Part shown: piece after piece, positions 1 to 12,719 of the stretch
Position numbering within the stretch: position 1 is the first letter of the stretch
How the letters are laid out: every line of letters begins with the position of its first letter
From: Octopus sinensis
Taxonomy: Eukaryota
Reading direction: 5' to 3'
Assembly (NCBI RefSeq): GCF_006345805.1
Contig: NC_043014.1
Location: 23,622,001-23,686,000, forward strand
DNA length: 64,000 bases
Notes under the pieces: model-generated
The model's database searches: none
Told to the model about the DNA's origin: nothing
The model's input: only the letters and a program-made list of their open reading frames with translations
Position numbers and translations under genes: made by a program

Positions 1-46
1 GATTGTTAGCTCACACAGACAGGGCAAATAAAAAATAACAAAAATA

Positions 47-142
47 CAGATTATTTTGGGACAATTGTTTCGCTATTAATGAATTAAATGTAATTTTACT
101 TACAAAAAAATCCACTTGTAGCTCGTCAGCCAAAACTATCTG
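47..142 (-). ncRNA. Type I hammerhead ribozyme, probably in a Penelope-like pseudo-LTR remnant
   Basis: Minus strand reads cagat-ag-UUUUGG CUGACGA GCUA[loop]UAGC GAAAC AAUU GUC CCAAAA-ua-aucug. The core is complete. Stem I is 6 bp plus a 5-bp distal helix, stem II is 4 bp with G10.1-C11.1, and stem III is the palindrome ACAAUUGU. Predicted cleavage after position 60. Confidence 0.9.
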
Positions 143-1542
143 GATGAAATCCACTCAATCACACGCCAGATTTTACCATAACGATAAATACACGTGTGGT
201 TCAATTGATTACATCCGACGTTATAATTCAAATGCCCCAACTAACAGCGCGCCAAACTTTCACGGAAAACAAATACTGCATTTAGAAATAAATGTAGCAT
301 AATTATAATTAATTAATAAGGGTGAGAGAATTAGATACTAATTTAATAGTATATCTATTCAACACCAAGTGGCCTAGTGCTCCGAGAAACCTGGATTATT
401 ATAATATTTTATAATATATTATAATATTTTTACAAAATAAATATAAGAGAGTGGTCACTATATGGCTCACTCTAGCACTAGTTAATCCAAAAGGTTTCAA
501 CCACAAAAAATACATGTTTCCCATGAAAGTCAGTACGATTGTTAGTCCACCACTGAAAGCGGCAGTGGGCAGCGAACGCAAGCCAGAAACCGAGACAACA
601 ACAACAAAGGAGAGAGACAGTTGGAGGCAGTTGCTTAATTTAACACTTTATATACTTCACAAAATCAATCAAAACATTTCAAAACAAAAGCATTTAACTA
701 CAAGGTTAACAAACATTTAACAGATCGTACACAGAGTTTAAAAAAAGAATAATCAATGGCATTTAGCAAAATACAACGCCCGACAACAATCAGTTAATGT
801 TCAGAGTTTGATCCTTCAAAACGAATAGTCTTTCTCTTTTCTTTTCTCCTCTTTCTTTTTCTTTTAGAAACACATCTTACAGTTCTTTTTCTTTTTTTTT
901 ACATTTACAAGTTCTCTTTTTTTTTTCCTTTTCTTTTTCAACAGATTATGTCACAGAGTCTCCTTTTTTTACATTTAAAACATCAAAGTTCAAAACACAA
1001 ATCAAAACGTAAATAAACATTACCGGCACATATTCCTCTCCGCAACACTCAAAACAGAACCCCACTATATCAGTCCGGCTTCTTCACATGTCTCTCTCTG
1101 CCCCTTCACTGTCATCTTCTTTACTACCTCTATCTGTCTCTCGCTGTCTTCATCTCTAACTCCCTGCCTGTCTTCCTTGCTTCGCTGCTATCATCTCTTG
1201 GCTGGCTGTCCGCATCAACTGACTGTCTCTCCCAACTACCGCCTCTTGCCAACTGACACACTAACACCAGTGCCCGTCGCCTTTTTAAAGGGTGGCATTT
1301 TTATTTTTTTATCAACTTTCCTTGACCGTGTAGGGATCAGAGATCGCTTCCTAAGCTCATTATTTACCGTGGCCGTTGACAGGACAAAGATTTTTTTTTC
1401 CTCATCCTGAACAACTGGAGTGCCGGTTCAACTCAAACTCCAACCAACGGAACTAGGGCACAATGTTCTGTTAATTTACCTCTGTAATAATATATTTATA
1501 TATATATATACTTTTGTATGTATGTGTGTGTGTGTGTGTATA

Positions 1543-1575
<33 letters not shown>

Positions 1576-1633
1576 CTTTTGTATATGTGTGTGTGTCTGT
1601 ATGTATATATATATATATATACACTTTTGTATA

Positions 1634-1671
<38 letters not shown>

Positions 1672-2349
1672 CACTTTTGTATAGATGTGTATGTATGTAT
1701 ATATATATATATTTGTATATTTTTAGCTGGTGTCCTTTTTAAATACAGTTGATACTTGAATTTCTTATGATTGTTATCAATAACATTTTCCATTAGCAAA
1801 CCTTTATGCTACATCTTTGTTTATTCACTAGAAACATATTCTGACGTTGGGAAAACACTCCCTACTTAACTGAAAATTAAAATGTTTAAAATTAAATCGA
1901 ACATCACACTCTAACCTCCTTAGGACTCTCTCTCAAAACACAACTGAAGAGTATATTTGTAGATAAACTCACTGTACAGTACATTGTATTGGCATGAAGA
2001 AGGGAAAGGTAAATATATGGTCTACAAATTATATTTTGAGAGAGGCTCTTGAGAAATGGGATTCAGATGTTAGGGAGTGTATGACATCAGATTTATTTTT
2101 AAGCATTTTCATCTTTGTATTATGGAATGGTGAGTTTTCATTGACATATATTTTTATTGAATAAACAAAGGTGTCTCATGAAGGATTGATAGTGAAAAAT
2201 TTACCCAAAATTATTATCATGATAAAAGCTAAGTTGGATTTTGAATAAACAACATTAGTTATAGGATGATAAAATGAATTAGAATTGTATGAAGAAAATC
2301 TTAGTAAAAGACGTTTTTGCCAATGAGGAAAGCTAATGCTTTACTGAAA

Positions 2350-2690
2350 AGAAACAATGTAGTGGTTAGAGCGTCAAGCTTACGATCATGAGATTGTGAG
2401 CTTGAATCCCTGACCGGGCTGCATGTTGTGTTCTTGAGCAAGACACTTTATTTCACGTTGCTCCAGTTCACTCAGCTGTTGAAATGAGTTGCAACATCAC
2501 AGGTGCCAAGCTGTATCGGGTGTTGCCTTTCCCTTGGATAACACTGGTGGCATGGAGAGGGGAGGCCGGTATGCATGGGCAACTGCTGGTTTTCCATAAA
2601 CAACCTTGCCCGGACTTGTGCCTGGGAGGGTAACTTTCTAGGTGCAATACCATGGTCTGTGTCATGACCGAAGGGGTCTCAGTTATACAG
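2350..2690 (+). mobile_element. tRNA-derived SINE (degenerate)
   Basis: tRNA-like head with A-box-like tagtggttagag and degenerate B box, followed by the SINE core-like motif gttcttgagcaagacacttta. Confidence 0.6.
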
Positions 2691-3061
2691 TTGTGCTCCT
2701 GTGTCAGCAACATAAATCTACCTCTGATAAATTTCAGCTGAGAAGGGTAATTTTTAGAGATAATTTAATGGTGTTGGAGGTTATATTTTAAAATTTGTTT
2801 ATAGTGAAACTTTGGATGCCTTAGTTTGCTTTGTGCAAATCGATCACATGTCGGGGAAGTATTTCCAGATCATTGCATCTCAAAATAGCCATTACATTTG
2901 TCAAACACATTCTTCTGAATGGCAGTGTGGAAGTTGTGCTTATGAAGGTAGAGTCTTGGTGTAAGAAAATTATATTTACTGAGAAGATAGACCTGTGAAT
3001 CAGTATAGTTGTCACATATTTTAACATGAATAAATAATATATTTCTTTTGTTTCTTTATAG

Positions 3062-3322
3062 AAAACACTATTGATGCAACAACAACAGTGCAGCAAAATG
3101 AGATTACAGGAGAGAATTTTGACAGCTTCAAAGAAGAAACAGAAAAGGGAGATGTGGTTGATACCAGTGAGACATTACCCATCAGCCAGCATTGTTTACA
3201 AAATACAACTGTTGAAGATATGTTATCTCAGGCTATAGAGAAAAGCAGAGCTGATTTTCAGGGTGATGTTGAAGTTCATGTTCCTGCTGAAATTCAAGCA
3301 ATACAACCTGTTGTATTCAATG
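3062..3322 (+). CDS. RALBP1: Probable internal coding exon (87 codons, phase 1 to phase 1) of the RalBP1 gene; acidic, low-conservation region
   Basis: Polypyrimidine acceptor tttcttttgtttctttatag ends at 3061 and donor G|GTATGT starts at 3323. The frame is open (ENTIDATTTVQQNEITGENFDSFKEE...IQPVVFN) and its phase joins the exon at 21671. No recalled similarity to vertebrate RALBP1, so the assignment is by position and phase only. Confidence 0.55.
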
Positions 3323-3350
3323 GTATGTATGTAACTATATATAACACTTT

Positions 3351-3435
<85 letters not shown>

Positions 3436-3436
3436 G

Positions 3437-3600
3437 ATACGATGGGCTTCTTTCAGTTTCCGTCTACCAAATCCACTCACGAGGCGTTGGTTGGCCCGAG
3501 GCTATAGTAGAAGACACTTCCCCAAGGTGCCACGCAGTGGGACTGAACCTGGAACCATGTGGTTCGTAAGCAAGCTACTTAACACCCCACCCTCCTACAC
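3437..3600 (-). mobile_element. tRNA-derived SINE, 5' half
   Basis: Reverse complement of the head and core of the SINE at 23053-23424 (gggcttctttcagtttccgtctaccaaatccactcac...gtgggactgaacc). Confidence 0.8.
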
Positions 3601-4639
3601 CTATATATATGTATGTGCATATATATATACACACACACACTCACCTTTGCATATATTTCGAATTTCATGAAAATTGCAGATGCGGGTTATTTCCCTCTTT
3701 ACACACCCTAAAAAAATTGTAATTGTGCCACATGTATCCCATACTACTGATTTTTATGCGCATATTCCAAAATTCCAGTCTTATAGAACATGTTAAAAGG
3801 ATTTTGCTCCTGAAAAATAGAGGTCATGGAGCTCTAAAATGTGAGAGTTAAGGCCCTTACTGGGGGTAGGTGTCTTAATGTCAACCAGAGAAGCTGAATT
3901 GTTGAGAATCTTTTTAACTTGGGTCTTGTATCTATTGTTTGAATTTATTTGAAATAGGAAATAAATGTTCATTGGGTTTGTAAAAAAGAGCAAAGCTACA
4001 GGAAACCAAAAGACGAATGATCACAATAAGCAGTCAGCTACAGTACCCTAGTCGTTAACACTCCCAATGTAGTATTCCTCACCATGCAGGTGACAGGCAC
4101 AGCCGTAAGATGCATTACGAATCTATAGCAATTGGAAGGGCATGACCCAACTGAAATAAACATTAACAACTGTGTGACGTGAGGGCTAAGGAGAAATGAA
4201 AGTTGGAATTTGCAAATGACCACTATACTGATACTTATCTGGACAGAATAAATTTACAATCTATAAATGTCTTTGAATAACCAGTCACTCATCTGGGAAG
4301 GCCTTGAAATCAATGTTACCATCTGGGGACTATGTGTGACCCAGTGATAATAAAAAGACTGAAAGGAGTTCTGCAATCAGATAACATTGCTCAACACTTT
4401 GCAACTAAATCAGTGGTGGCAAAGATGCCTCTCATTTACTTTACAATTTATGCAGCACATTGCAGAAATCACAATCTAAGTGTATGTCAGAGCAAACTCT
4501 TACACTGTTGTACCATTGAATTACAAATAATGCTCATCTTCTATGCTTGGGTGACCCTACAGCTTCCAAGAGTACAACTGTATTAGTCTTTGCTTAGATA
4601 GAATGACAAAATTGTGGGTGTTAAGTCTCCATGGTGGGG

Positions 4640-5226
4640 TCTTTCTAACTTGTAAGAAGATGAAATTTTATAAATATTACTTCATTTGTATCTAATATCT
4701 ATGGTTAAAATTTCATCAACAGCAAAAATATATGAATTGTCATGGGGGTTATGGCCCTTATGCATAGAATATAATTTCCAAATTTTGTAAAGATCCATTC
4801 AATACTTTTGACTTAGTTTGGATCATAAAAGAAATGACTAAAATTTGGGAGTTAAGGCCCCCATTAGGGTGTCTTAGGATCCTCATGTGAAGTGGAAACT
4901 TTGAGAATACTTCTTGATGTGTGTCAATTACCCATGGTTGAAATTTCATCAACATCGAAAATTTATGAATTTTCATGGGGGTTCTGCCCCCTTTAAGCCA
5001 TCTGAAATTCAAACCAAACATATTGAATTATGCCCGGCCTTAGTTTCAAATATCATGAGGATCCATTCTGTAATTTTGGTCCATGAAATTGTATGAAACA
5101 CACAGCATTACCCTTCTCCCTAGGCTTGGATTTTGTGTTCCAAATTTCATTATGATCGGTGCAACAGTTTTCGAATGTATAAGTAATACACGAAGACATA
5201 AAGGCATTGTCTTTGATATAATAGAT
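4640..5226 (+). mobile_element. Non-autonomous Helitron-like repeat (tentative class)
   Basis: Repeated aaatttcatcaac/aaatttcatt motifs and an end at ...tataatagat. Similar ends occur at about 9180 and 54950. Confidence 0.35.
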
Positions 5227-5280
5227 ATGAATGTGCACATATACATACATGTATATATATATATGTGTGTGTGTGTGTAT

Positions 5281-5316
<36 letters not shown>

Positions 5317-5329
5317 AAGATAAATTGAT

Positions 5330-5525
5330 AGATACAACTGAGTGGGCAAACAAAAATATGAGACACAGCGTAGTGCTTTTTTTATGTTGATAAGCCTGGT
5401 ACTTATTCTATTAGTTTCTTCTTGTGAAACCAGTAAGTTATGGGGATGTAAATAAATGAAGAGCAGTTTTTGAAGCAGTGATGAGAGTGAGACAGAAACA
5501 AAGTCACACACATACACTTAATTAT

Positions 5526-5604
<79 letters not shown>

Positions 5605-5635
5605 ATTAATTTCTTTAAGTTTCTCTCTACGAAAT

Positions 5636-5712
<77 letters not shown>

Positions 5713-5920
5713 ACACACACACACACACAAAAAATAAATTGTGTGGGTAAACAAAAATATGAGATACTGTCTAGTGTTTTTTTTTATTTTGATAAGCTTG
5801 GTACTTATTCTATCAGTTTCTTCTTGTAAAACCAGTAAGTTATGGGGCTCTAAATAAACGAACAGCAGTTGTGAAGTAGTGATGAGGGAGAAACACAAAC
5901 ACACACACATAGACTTACAT
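5330..5920. repeat. Direct duplication of an approx 190-bp SINE-tail-like segment separated by microsatellite
   Basis: gggcaaacaaaaatatgaga...gtacttattctat...gaaacaaa at about 5345-5510 recurs at about 5745-5905. Confidence 0.75.
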
Positions 5921-5949
5921 ATATACATACATATATATATACGGTTGAT

Positions 5950-6100
5950 TTCTTTCAGTTTCTGTCTACAAAATCCACTAACAAGGCTTTGGTTGGTCTG
6001 AGGCTATAGCAGAAGATACATGCCAAGTTACCACACAGTGGGACTGAACCCAGGACCATGTGTCTTGGAACGAAGTTTGTTACTACACAGCCACACCTGC
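5950..6100 (-). mobile_element. tRNA-derived SINE, 5' half
   Basis: Same family as 3437-3600 and 23053-23424. Confidence 0.75.
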
Positions 6101-6261
6101 ACCTGTGTGAGTGTGTGTATGTGTGTATATATGTATGCATGTATATATGTGTATATATATGTGTACATATTACATGTACATCTATATATATATATATACA
6201 TCTACATGTATACATATACATCTATATGTATAGAAATACATGTATACATATACAGCTATAC

Positions 6262-6311
<50 letters not shown>

Positions 6312-6336
6312 CCATATATATACATGTATATATATA

Positions 6337-8467
6337 TCATCATCATCATTTAACGTCCGTTTTCCATGCTAGCATGGGTTTGATGGTTCGGCTGGGGTCT
6401 GGGTAGCCAGGAGGCTGCACCAGGCTCCAGTCTGATCTGGCAGTGTTTCTACAGCTGGATGCCAACAACTCCATGTATGTAGTGGGTACTTTTTACGTGC
6501 CACAGACACAGGTGCCAGGCGAGGCTGGCAACAGCCACGATCGGTTGGTGCTTTTTAAGTGCCACCGGCACGGAAGCCAGTCGAGATGGCGCTGGCAACG
6601 GTCACGTTCAGATGGTGCTTTTTACGTGCCACCAGCACTGGTATCACAACTACAATTTCCATAGATTCTTTGATCGATTTCGATTTCACTTGTCTTCGCA
6701 TGCAGAGTTTTGTGTCCAATGAAGGAAGGAGGCATAAGTGGACTGGCTACATCCCAGGTAAAGGCCACGGGTTATGGTCTCACTTGTCCTGCCGGGTCTT
6801 CTCACGCACAGCATATTTCCATAGGTCTCGGTCACTAGTCATTGCCTCGGTGAGACCTAATGTCCGAAGGTTGTGCTTCACCACCTCGTCCCAGGTTTTC
6901 CTGGGTCTACCTCTTCCACAGGTTCCCTCAACCGCTAGGGTGTGACACTTTTGCACACACCTTTCTTCATCCATTCTCGCCACATGACCATACCAGCGCA
7001 ATCGTCTCTCTTGCACACCACAACTGATGCTTTTTAGACCCAACTTTTCTCTCAAGGTACTTACACTCTGTTGAGTATGTACACTGACATGATACATCCA
7101 TCAGAGCATACTGGCTTCATTTCTTGCAAGCTTACACATATCCTCAGCAGTCAAAGCCCATGTTTCACTGCCATGTAGCATGGCTGTTCGTACACATGCA
7201 TCATACAGTCTGCCTTTTACTCTGAACGAGAGGCCTTTTGTCACCAGCAGAGGTAAGAGCTCTCTGAACTTTGCCCAGGCTATTCTTACTCGAGTAGTTA
7301 CACTTTCAGCACGCCCGCCCCCACTACTGACTTGGTTACATAGGTAACAGAAGCTATCAACTACTTCTAGTTTTTCTCCCTGGAATGTGGCGAAAGTTGT
7401 TCTCTGCACATTTTCAGTGTTTATTGCTCCTGAGCATCTGCCACATACAAAAACTATCTTCCTAGTTAGCCTTCCTTTGACATTGCTGCACCTCTTATGT
7501 GTCAATAGCTTACACTGGGTACATCTCTATAGAGTGTCTACCTATGCCTTTTCTACAGATTGAGCAGGGCCATCTACCTGAAGGCGTCTGTGGTTTGTCT
7601 ACCTTCCTACTTATTAGTACTTTGGTTTTAGCTAGGTTGATTCTAAGGCCCTTCGATTCTAATCCTTGCTTCCACACCTGAAACTTCTCCTCCAGTTCTG
7701 ATAGTGACTCAGCAATTAGAGCATAGAGGAGCTCCCAAGGGCATTCTGTCTTGAATTCCTCTGTTATTGCCTGGAGGACTATGATAAATAGGAGGGGGCT
7801 GAGGACTGAACTTTGGTGGACCCCTACCTCTACCCGAAATTCTTCACTGTACTTGTTGCCAACCCTCACCTTACTAACGGCGTCCCGGTACATGGCTCGC
7901 ACAGCTCTCACTAACCATTCATCTATCCCTAGTTTCCTCATTGACCACCAGATAAGGGATCAGGGGACCCTATCAAAGGCTTTCTCCATGTCAGCGAAAG
8001 CCAGGTACAAAGGTTTATCTTTGGCTAGGTATTTCTCTTGCAGATGTCTTACCAGGCATATAGCATCAGTAGTGCTTTTCCCTGGCACGAACCCAAACTG
8101 CATCTCATCTAAACTGACTCTCTCTCTAATTAGTTGGGCTATGACCCTCTCCGTGACCTTCATTACTTGATCCAGCAACTTGATACCTCTGTAATTATTT
8201 GTATCTAAGGCATCACCTTTACCTTTGTAGCAGTTGACTATGGTGCTGCTACACCAGTCATTGGGTATGACTCCTTCGTATATCACCTGGTTAACTATAT
8301 GGGTGACTAGGCTATAGCCGACGCTGCCAGATATTTTGAGCATCTCTGCAGTGATTCCTGATGGGCCGGGGGTTTTACCTGCCTTCATACTCTTGATTGC
8401 TTTATCTACCAAGGTACTGTCAATTCGGATAGCTGGTCCCTCTGTTGGGTCAACATTCGGCAGACTC
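6337..8467 (-). mobile_element. 5'-truncated RTE-clade LINE (RT domain, frameshifted) with intact 3' UTR and (GAT)n tail
   Basis: ORF pieces: GKAPGPSG-like, NYRGIKLL, QFGFVPGKSTTDAI, DMEKAFDRVP, GVHQxSVLSPLLF, LHGSETW, RLRWYGHV, GRGRPRKTW. Tail abuts (TA)n. Confidence 0.92.
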
Positions 8468-8584
8468 TCTCTCTATATAAGTACATGTAAATTTAAATTT
8501 AAAATAATAAGGGTGAAAAATTGAAAATTAATTTGATTAATATCAATTTAAAACCAGTGGTGTAGCATATTGAAAAGTCTGAAG

Positions 8585-8871
8585 TTTCAGAACGTCTGCC
8601 AGCCTCGTCTGGCACCTGTGTCGGTGGCACATAAAATCACCATCCGAGCGTGGCCGTCTGCCAGCCTCGTCTGGCACCTGTGTCGGTGGCACATAAAATC
8701 ACCCACTAAACTCTCGGAGTGGTTGGCATTAGGAAGGGCATCCAGCTGTAGAAACACTGCCAGATCTGACTGGCCTGGTGCAGCCTTCGAGCTTGCCAGA
8801 CCCCAGTTGAACCGTCCAACCCATGCTAGCATGGAAAGCGGACGTTAAGCGATGATGATGATGATGATGAT
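8585..8871 (+). mobile_element. RTE LINE 3' UTR fragment with (GAT)n tail
   Basis: ggcattaggaagggcatccagctgtagaaacactgccag...ggacgttaagcgatgatgatg, the same 3' UTR as 6337-6680 in the opposite orientation. Confidence 0.85.
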
Positions 8872-9580
8872 ATATAAGAGTGATGTTCACTTTCATTTCA
8901 TGTCACTTATATAATAGTTTCACTATTAAAGTGAAAGGAGTTGACATTACATAGAGAGGTGTTTTTGTTTCACTTTTGACACGTAATACTGAAATAGTGG
9001 AAAAGATATGATATGGCTGTGGGCTTGCCCTAGGGAAGAAGTTAAAAATTTCTTTTGCCCATGATACTACATGGATCCTAAGTAAGGCATGTGTAAAATT
9101 TGAATGAAATTGGTTGTGTAGTTCTCAAGTTTTAGGGATTCACACAGACAGACACACATTCTCAGTTTTATATATATAGATATATACCTTTGTACATTTA
9201 TATTTAACATGCATATGTACACTCAAATGTAGAAAGACCTTTGTTGTAGTAATTGCCTTGGAGGCAAAATTCTCTTTATATGTTATGTCTGAGAATTATA
9301 TGACTGTGATGTTTATTTACAATTATCATGCACTATCAAGGCAGGGAGACATAAACACACGCACCTGTATGCCCATGCATATGCACTCAATAATTGGCTT
9401 CTTTCAGTTTCTACCTACCAAATCCACTGAAACATGTTTTGGTTGGCCCAGATCTATAGTAGGAATCATCTAGCCTAAGTGATTCGATACAAAACTATGT
9501 ATTTGGGAAGCAAACTTCTTAACTATACAGCCATACCTACTCTCACAAACATACACACACATTTATGTATATGTATTTAT

Positions 9581-9860
9581 ATATACTGTTATGTCTGGGG
9601 ACTGTCATTTTCTTTTTGTGCCTTATTATGTAACACATGCACCGGTAAAATTTCCACGTTTTTCTTATTTTTATTGTCCTAAAATTTTCATTGCGTCTTG
9701 CAACCTTTGAGAGTCAAAACTATTGAAAAAGTTGTAAGACACAACGAAAATTTTAGGACAATAAAAATAAGAAAAAAGTGGAAATTTTACCGGTGAGTGT
9801 GTTACATAATAAGGCACAAAAAGAAAAAAATTCTCCCCAGACACAACAGAATATGCTTCA
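9581..9860. mobile_element. Fold-back (MITE-like) palindrome, approx 130-bp arms
   Basis: ctgttatgtctgggga...ttttaggacaat arms are reverse complements: tgtgccttattatgtaacac / gtgttacataataaggcaca and ccggtaaaatttccac / gtggaaattttaccgg. Confidence 0.8.
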
Positions 9861-9909
9861 ACACTCAAACTCATATAAAGAATCTTGCAAACCAAATCCA
9901 AGAACGAAA

Positions 9910-9954
<45 letters not shown>

Positions 9955-9956
<2 letters not shown>

Positions 9957-11852
9957 TCATCATCATCATCGTTTAGCGTCCGCTTTCCATGCTAGCATGG
10001 GTTGGACGGGTCAACTGGGGTCTGTGAAGCTGGAAGGCTTCGTCAGGCCTAGTCAGATCTGGCAGTGTTTCTACGGCTGGATGCCCTTCCTAACGCCAAC
10101 CACTCCGCGAGTGTAGTGGGTGTTTTTTACGTGCCACCTGCACAGGTGCCAGACAGAGCTGGCGAACGGCCACGAACGGATGGTGCTTTTACGTGTCACC
10201 GGCACGGGGCCAGGCGATGCTGGCAACGGACACGAACGGATGGTGCTTTTACGTGCCACCGACACGGGGCCAGACAGAGCTGGCAAACGGCCACGAACGG
10301 ACGGTGCTTTTACGTGTCACCGGCACGGGGCCAGGCGAGGCTGGCAACGAACATGAACGGATGGTGCTTTTACGTGCCACCGAGACGGGGCCAGGCAGAG
10401 CTGGCAAACGGCCACGAGCGAATGGTGCTTTTACGTACGTATCACCGGCACGGGTGCCAGACGAGGCTGACAGCGGACACGAACGGATGGGTCACTTAAC
10501 CCCTGCTTTCTGATATATGATTTGATTTTGATTGTTCTCACTGGTTTTGCCGGGTCTTCTCACGCACAGCATACTTCCATAGGTCTCGGTCTCTGGTCAT
10601 TTCCTTGGTGAGACCTAGAGTTCGAAGGTCGTGCTTCAACACCTCGACCCAGGTTTTCCTGGGTCTACCTCTTCCACAGGTCCCCTCAACTGCCAGGGTG
10701 TGGCACTTTTTCACACACCTATCTTCATCCATTCTCACCACATGACCATACCAGCGCAATCGTCTCTCTTGCACACAACATCTGATTCCTCTTAGGTCCA
10801 ACTTTTCTCTCAAGGTACTTACACTCTGTCGACTATGAACACTGACATTACACATCCAACGGAGCATACTAGCTTCATTTCTCGCGAGCTTACGCATGTC
10901 CTCAGCAGTCATGGCCCATGTTTCACTGCCATGTAGCATGGCTGTTCGTACACATGCATCATACAGTCTGCCTTTTACTCTGAGCAAGAGGCCTTTAGTC
11001 ACCAACAGAGGTAAGAGCTCCCTAAACTTTGCCCAGGCTATTCTTACTCTAGCCGTTACACTTTCAGCACACTGACTTGGTCACCAAGATAACGGAAGCT
11101 ATCAACTACTTCTAGTTTTTCCCCCTGGAAAGTGACGGAAGTTGTTTTCTGCAGATTTTCAGAGGTTAATGCTCCCGAGCATCTGCCACATACAAAAACC
11201 ATCTTCCTAGTTAGCCTTCCTATGACATTGCTGCACCTCTTATGTGTCCATAGCTTACACTTGGTGCATCTTATAGAGTTTCTACCTACACCTTTTCTAC
11301 AGATCGAGCAGGGCCATCTACCTGAAGGCGTTTGTGATTTGTCTACCTTCCTACTTATTAGGACTTTGGTTTTAGCTAGGTTGACTCTAAGGCCCTTCGA
11401 TTCTAAACCATGCTTCCACACCTGAAATTTCTTCTCCAGTTCTGATAATGACTCAGCAATTAGAGCAAGGTCATCAGCATAGAGGAGCTCCCAGGGGCAT
11501 CCTGTCTTGAATTCCTCCGTTATTGCCTGGAGGACTATGATAAATAGGAGGGGGCTGAGGACTGAGCCTTGGTGGACCCCTACCTCTACTTTGAATTCTT
11601 CACTGTACTCATTGCCAACCCTCACCTTACTAGCAGCGTCCCTGTACATGGCTTGCACAGCTCTCACTAACCATTCATCTATTCCTAGTTTCCTCATTGA
11701 CCACCATATGAGGGATCGGGGGACCCTGTCGAAGGCTTTCTCCATGTCAACAAAAGCCAGGTACAGGGGCTTATCTTTGGCTAGGTATTTCTCCTGCAGC
11801 TGCCTTACCAGGAATATAGCATCAGTGGTACTTTTCCCTGGCACGAAACCAA
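9955..11852 (-). mobile_element. 5'-truncated RTE LINE with expanded approx 60-bp repeats in the 3' UTR
   Basis: ORFs 11056-11868 and 10538-11005 include YADDLAL, DMEKAFDRVP and GVHQGSVLSPLLF. (GAT)n tail sits next to (TA)n. Confidence 0.93.
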
Positions 11853-12069
11853 ATATATATACATACATATTTAAAGATGCAAAACCATCACAAAAATATC
11901 ACAAAAACTGCTACTACTTTTGTGATATTTTTGTAGCTTTAATAATAAAGTATATTACTCTGCCTTTAGTATTCGAGTACTATTTTTTTGCGATCTTGTT
12001 TCACATTTATGTGCTTACTCTGGTGTGTGTGTGTGTGTATATATATATATAAAATACAAAATACATAAA

Positions 12070-12700
12070 CATCCTGGGGAAGACTCTGGGCTTCGATGAG
12101 AGGCAGCTAGCTGACCTTTTTGGGAGGACTTTCGGGTCGAGATTTCTGGATAACTATCAGAAATCTTTGACCTGGCTGTGCTACCGATCGGCTTTACCGG
12201 TTCGAGAAAGGTTGTCAAGGCATGGTACTGACACCTCCCCCACGTGTCCGAGGTGCGGGCATGCCAATGAAACGGTTACGCACGCCTTCGTACACTGTGA
12301 GGAGTCAAAGGAGTTGATGGCCTTTGCCAAACAGCTGTTGTTGGATGCGGAAAGAGTATGACTCTTGTCCGAGTTCATGATAAAGATTGTATCACCTTCC
12401 TCTTTCACCAAAGAAAAGAAGGTAGCTTTTCTCTGCGTAGTAACCATACTGAAAGATGTGGTATGGAAGATGCAAGCAAAAGGGATTGTGACAGGTCAAT
12501 TCATCTCCGGACGTGGGCTGGTGAATTACGTCACTGCCCATCTGTCCAGCAAGATCCATCTGGAGAAGAGGAGCCTGCTGCAAAGAGCGTTTGGAAAAAG
12601 ATGGACGACACTGATAAGAAAGATGAGAACACACAAGGCTGTGCTTGCATGGTCGGTCGGAGCATAAAAGGAAGGAAAAAGACTACCAAAAGGGATAACC
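12070..12700 (+). mobile_element. Tx1/L1-like LINE 3' fragment (C-terminal zinc knuckle)
   Basis: WLCYRSALPVRERL...TCPRCGHANETVTHAFVHC matches the zf-RVT CxxC-x-ETxxH-C pattern. Confidence 0.75.
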
Positions 12701-12719
12701 AACCGGCGGGTTAATTCAC

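Noticed and set aside
399-1470. Possible LTR-like or other repeat with short ORFs
   Set aside because: No second copy, TSD or domain motif is visible in the window, so it cannot be classified.
1940-1985. CTGAAGA followed by a small hairpin
   Set aside because: No GAAA/NUH half follows; too degenerate to call.
10125-10485. Approx 60-bp repeats as a CRISPR array, or as twister/pistol ribozymes
   Set aside because: The context is a eukaryotic RTE 3' UTR, the units are wholly repeated with no unique spacers, and the catalytic consensus nucleotides are absent.
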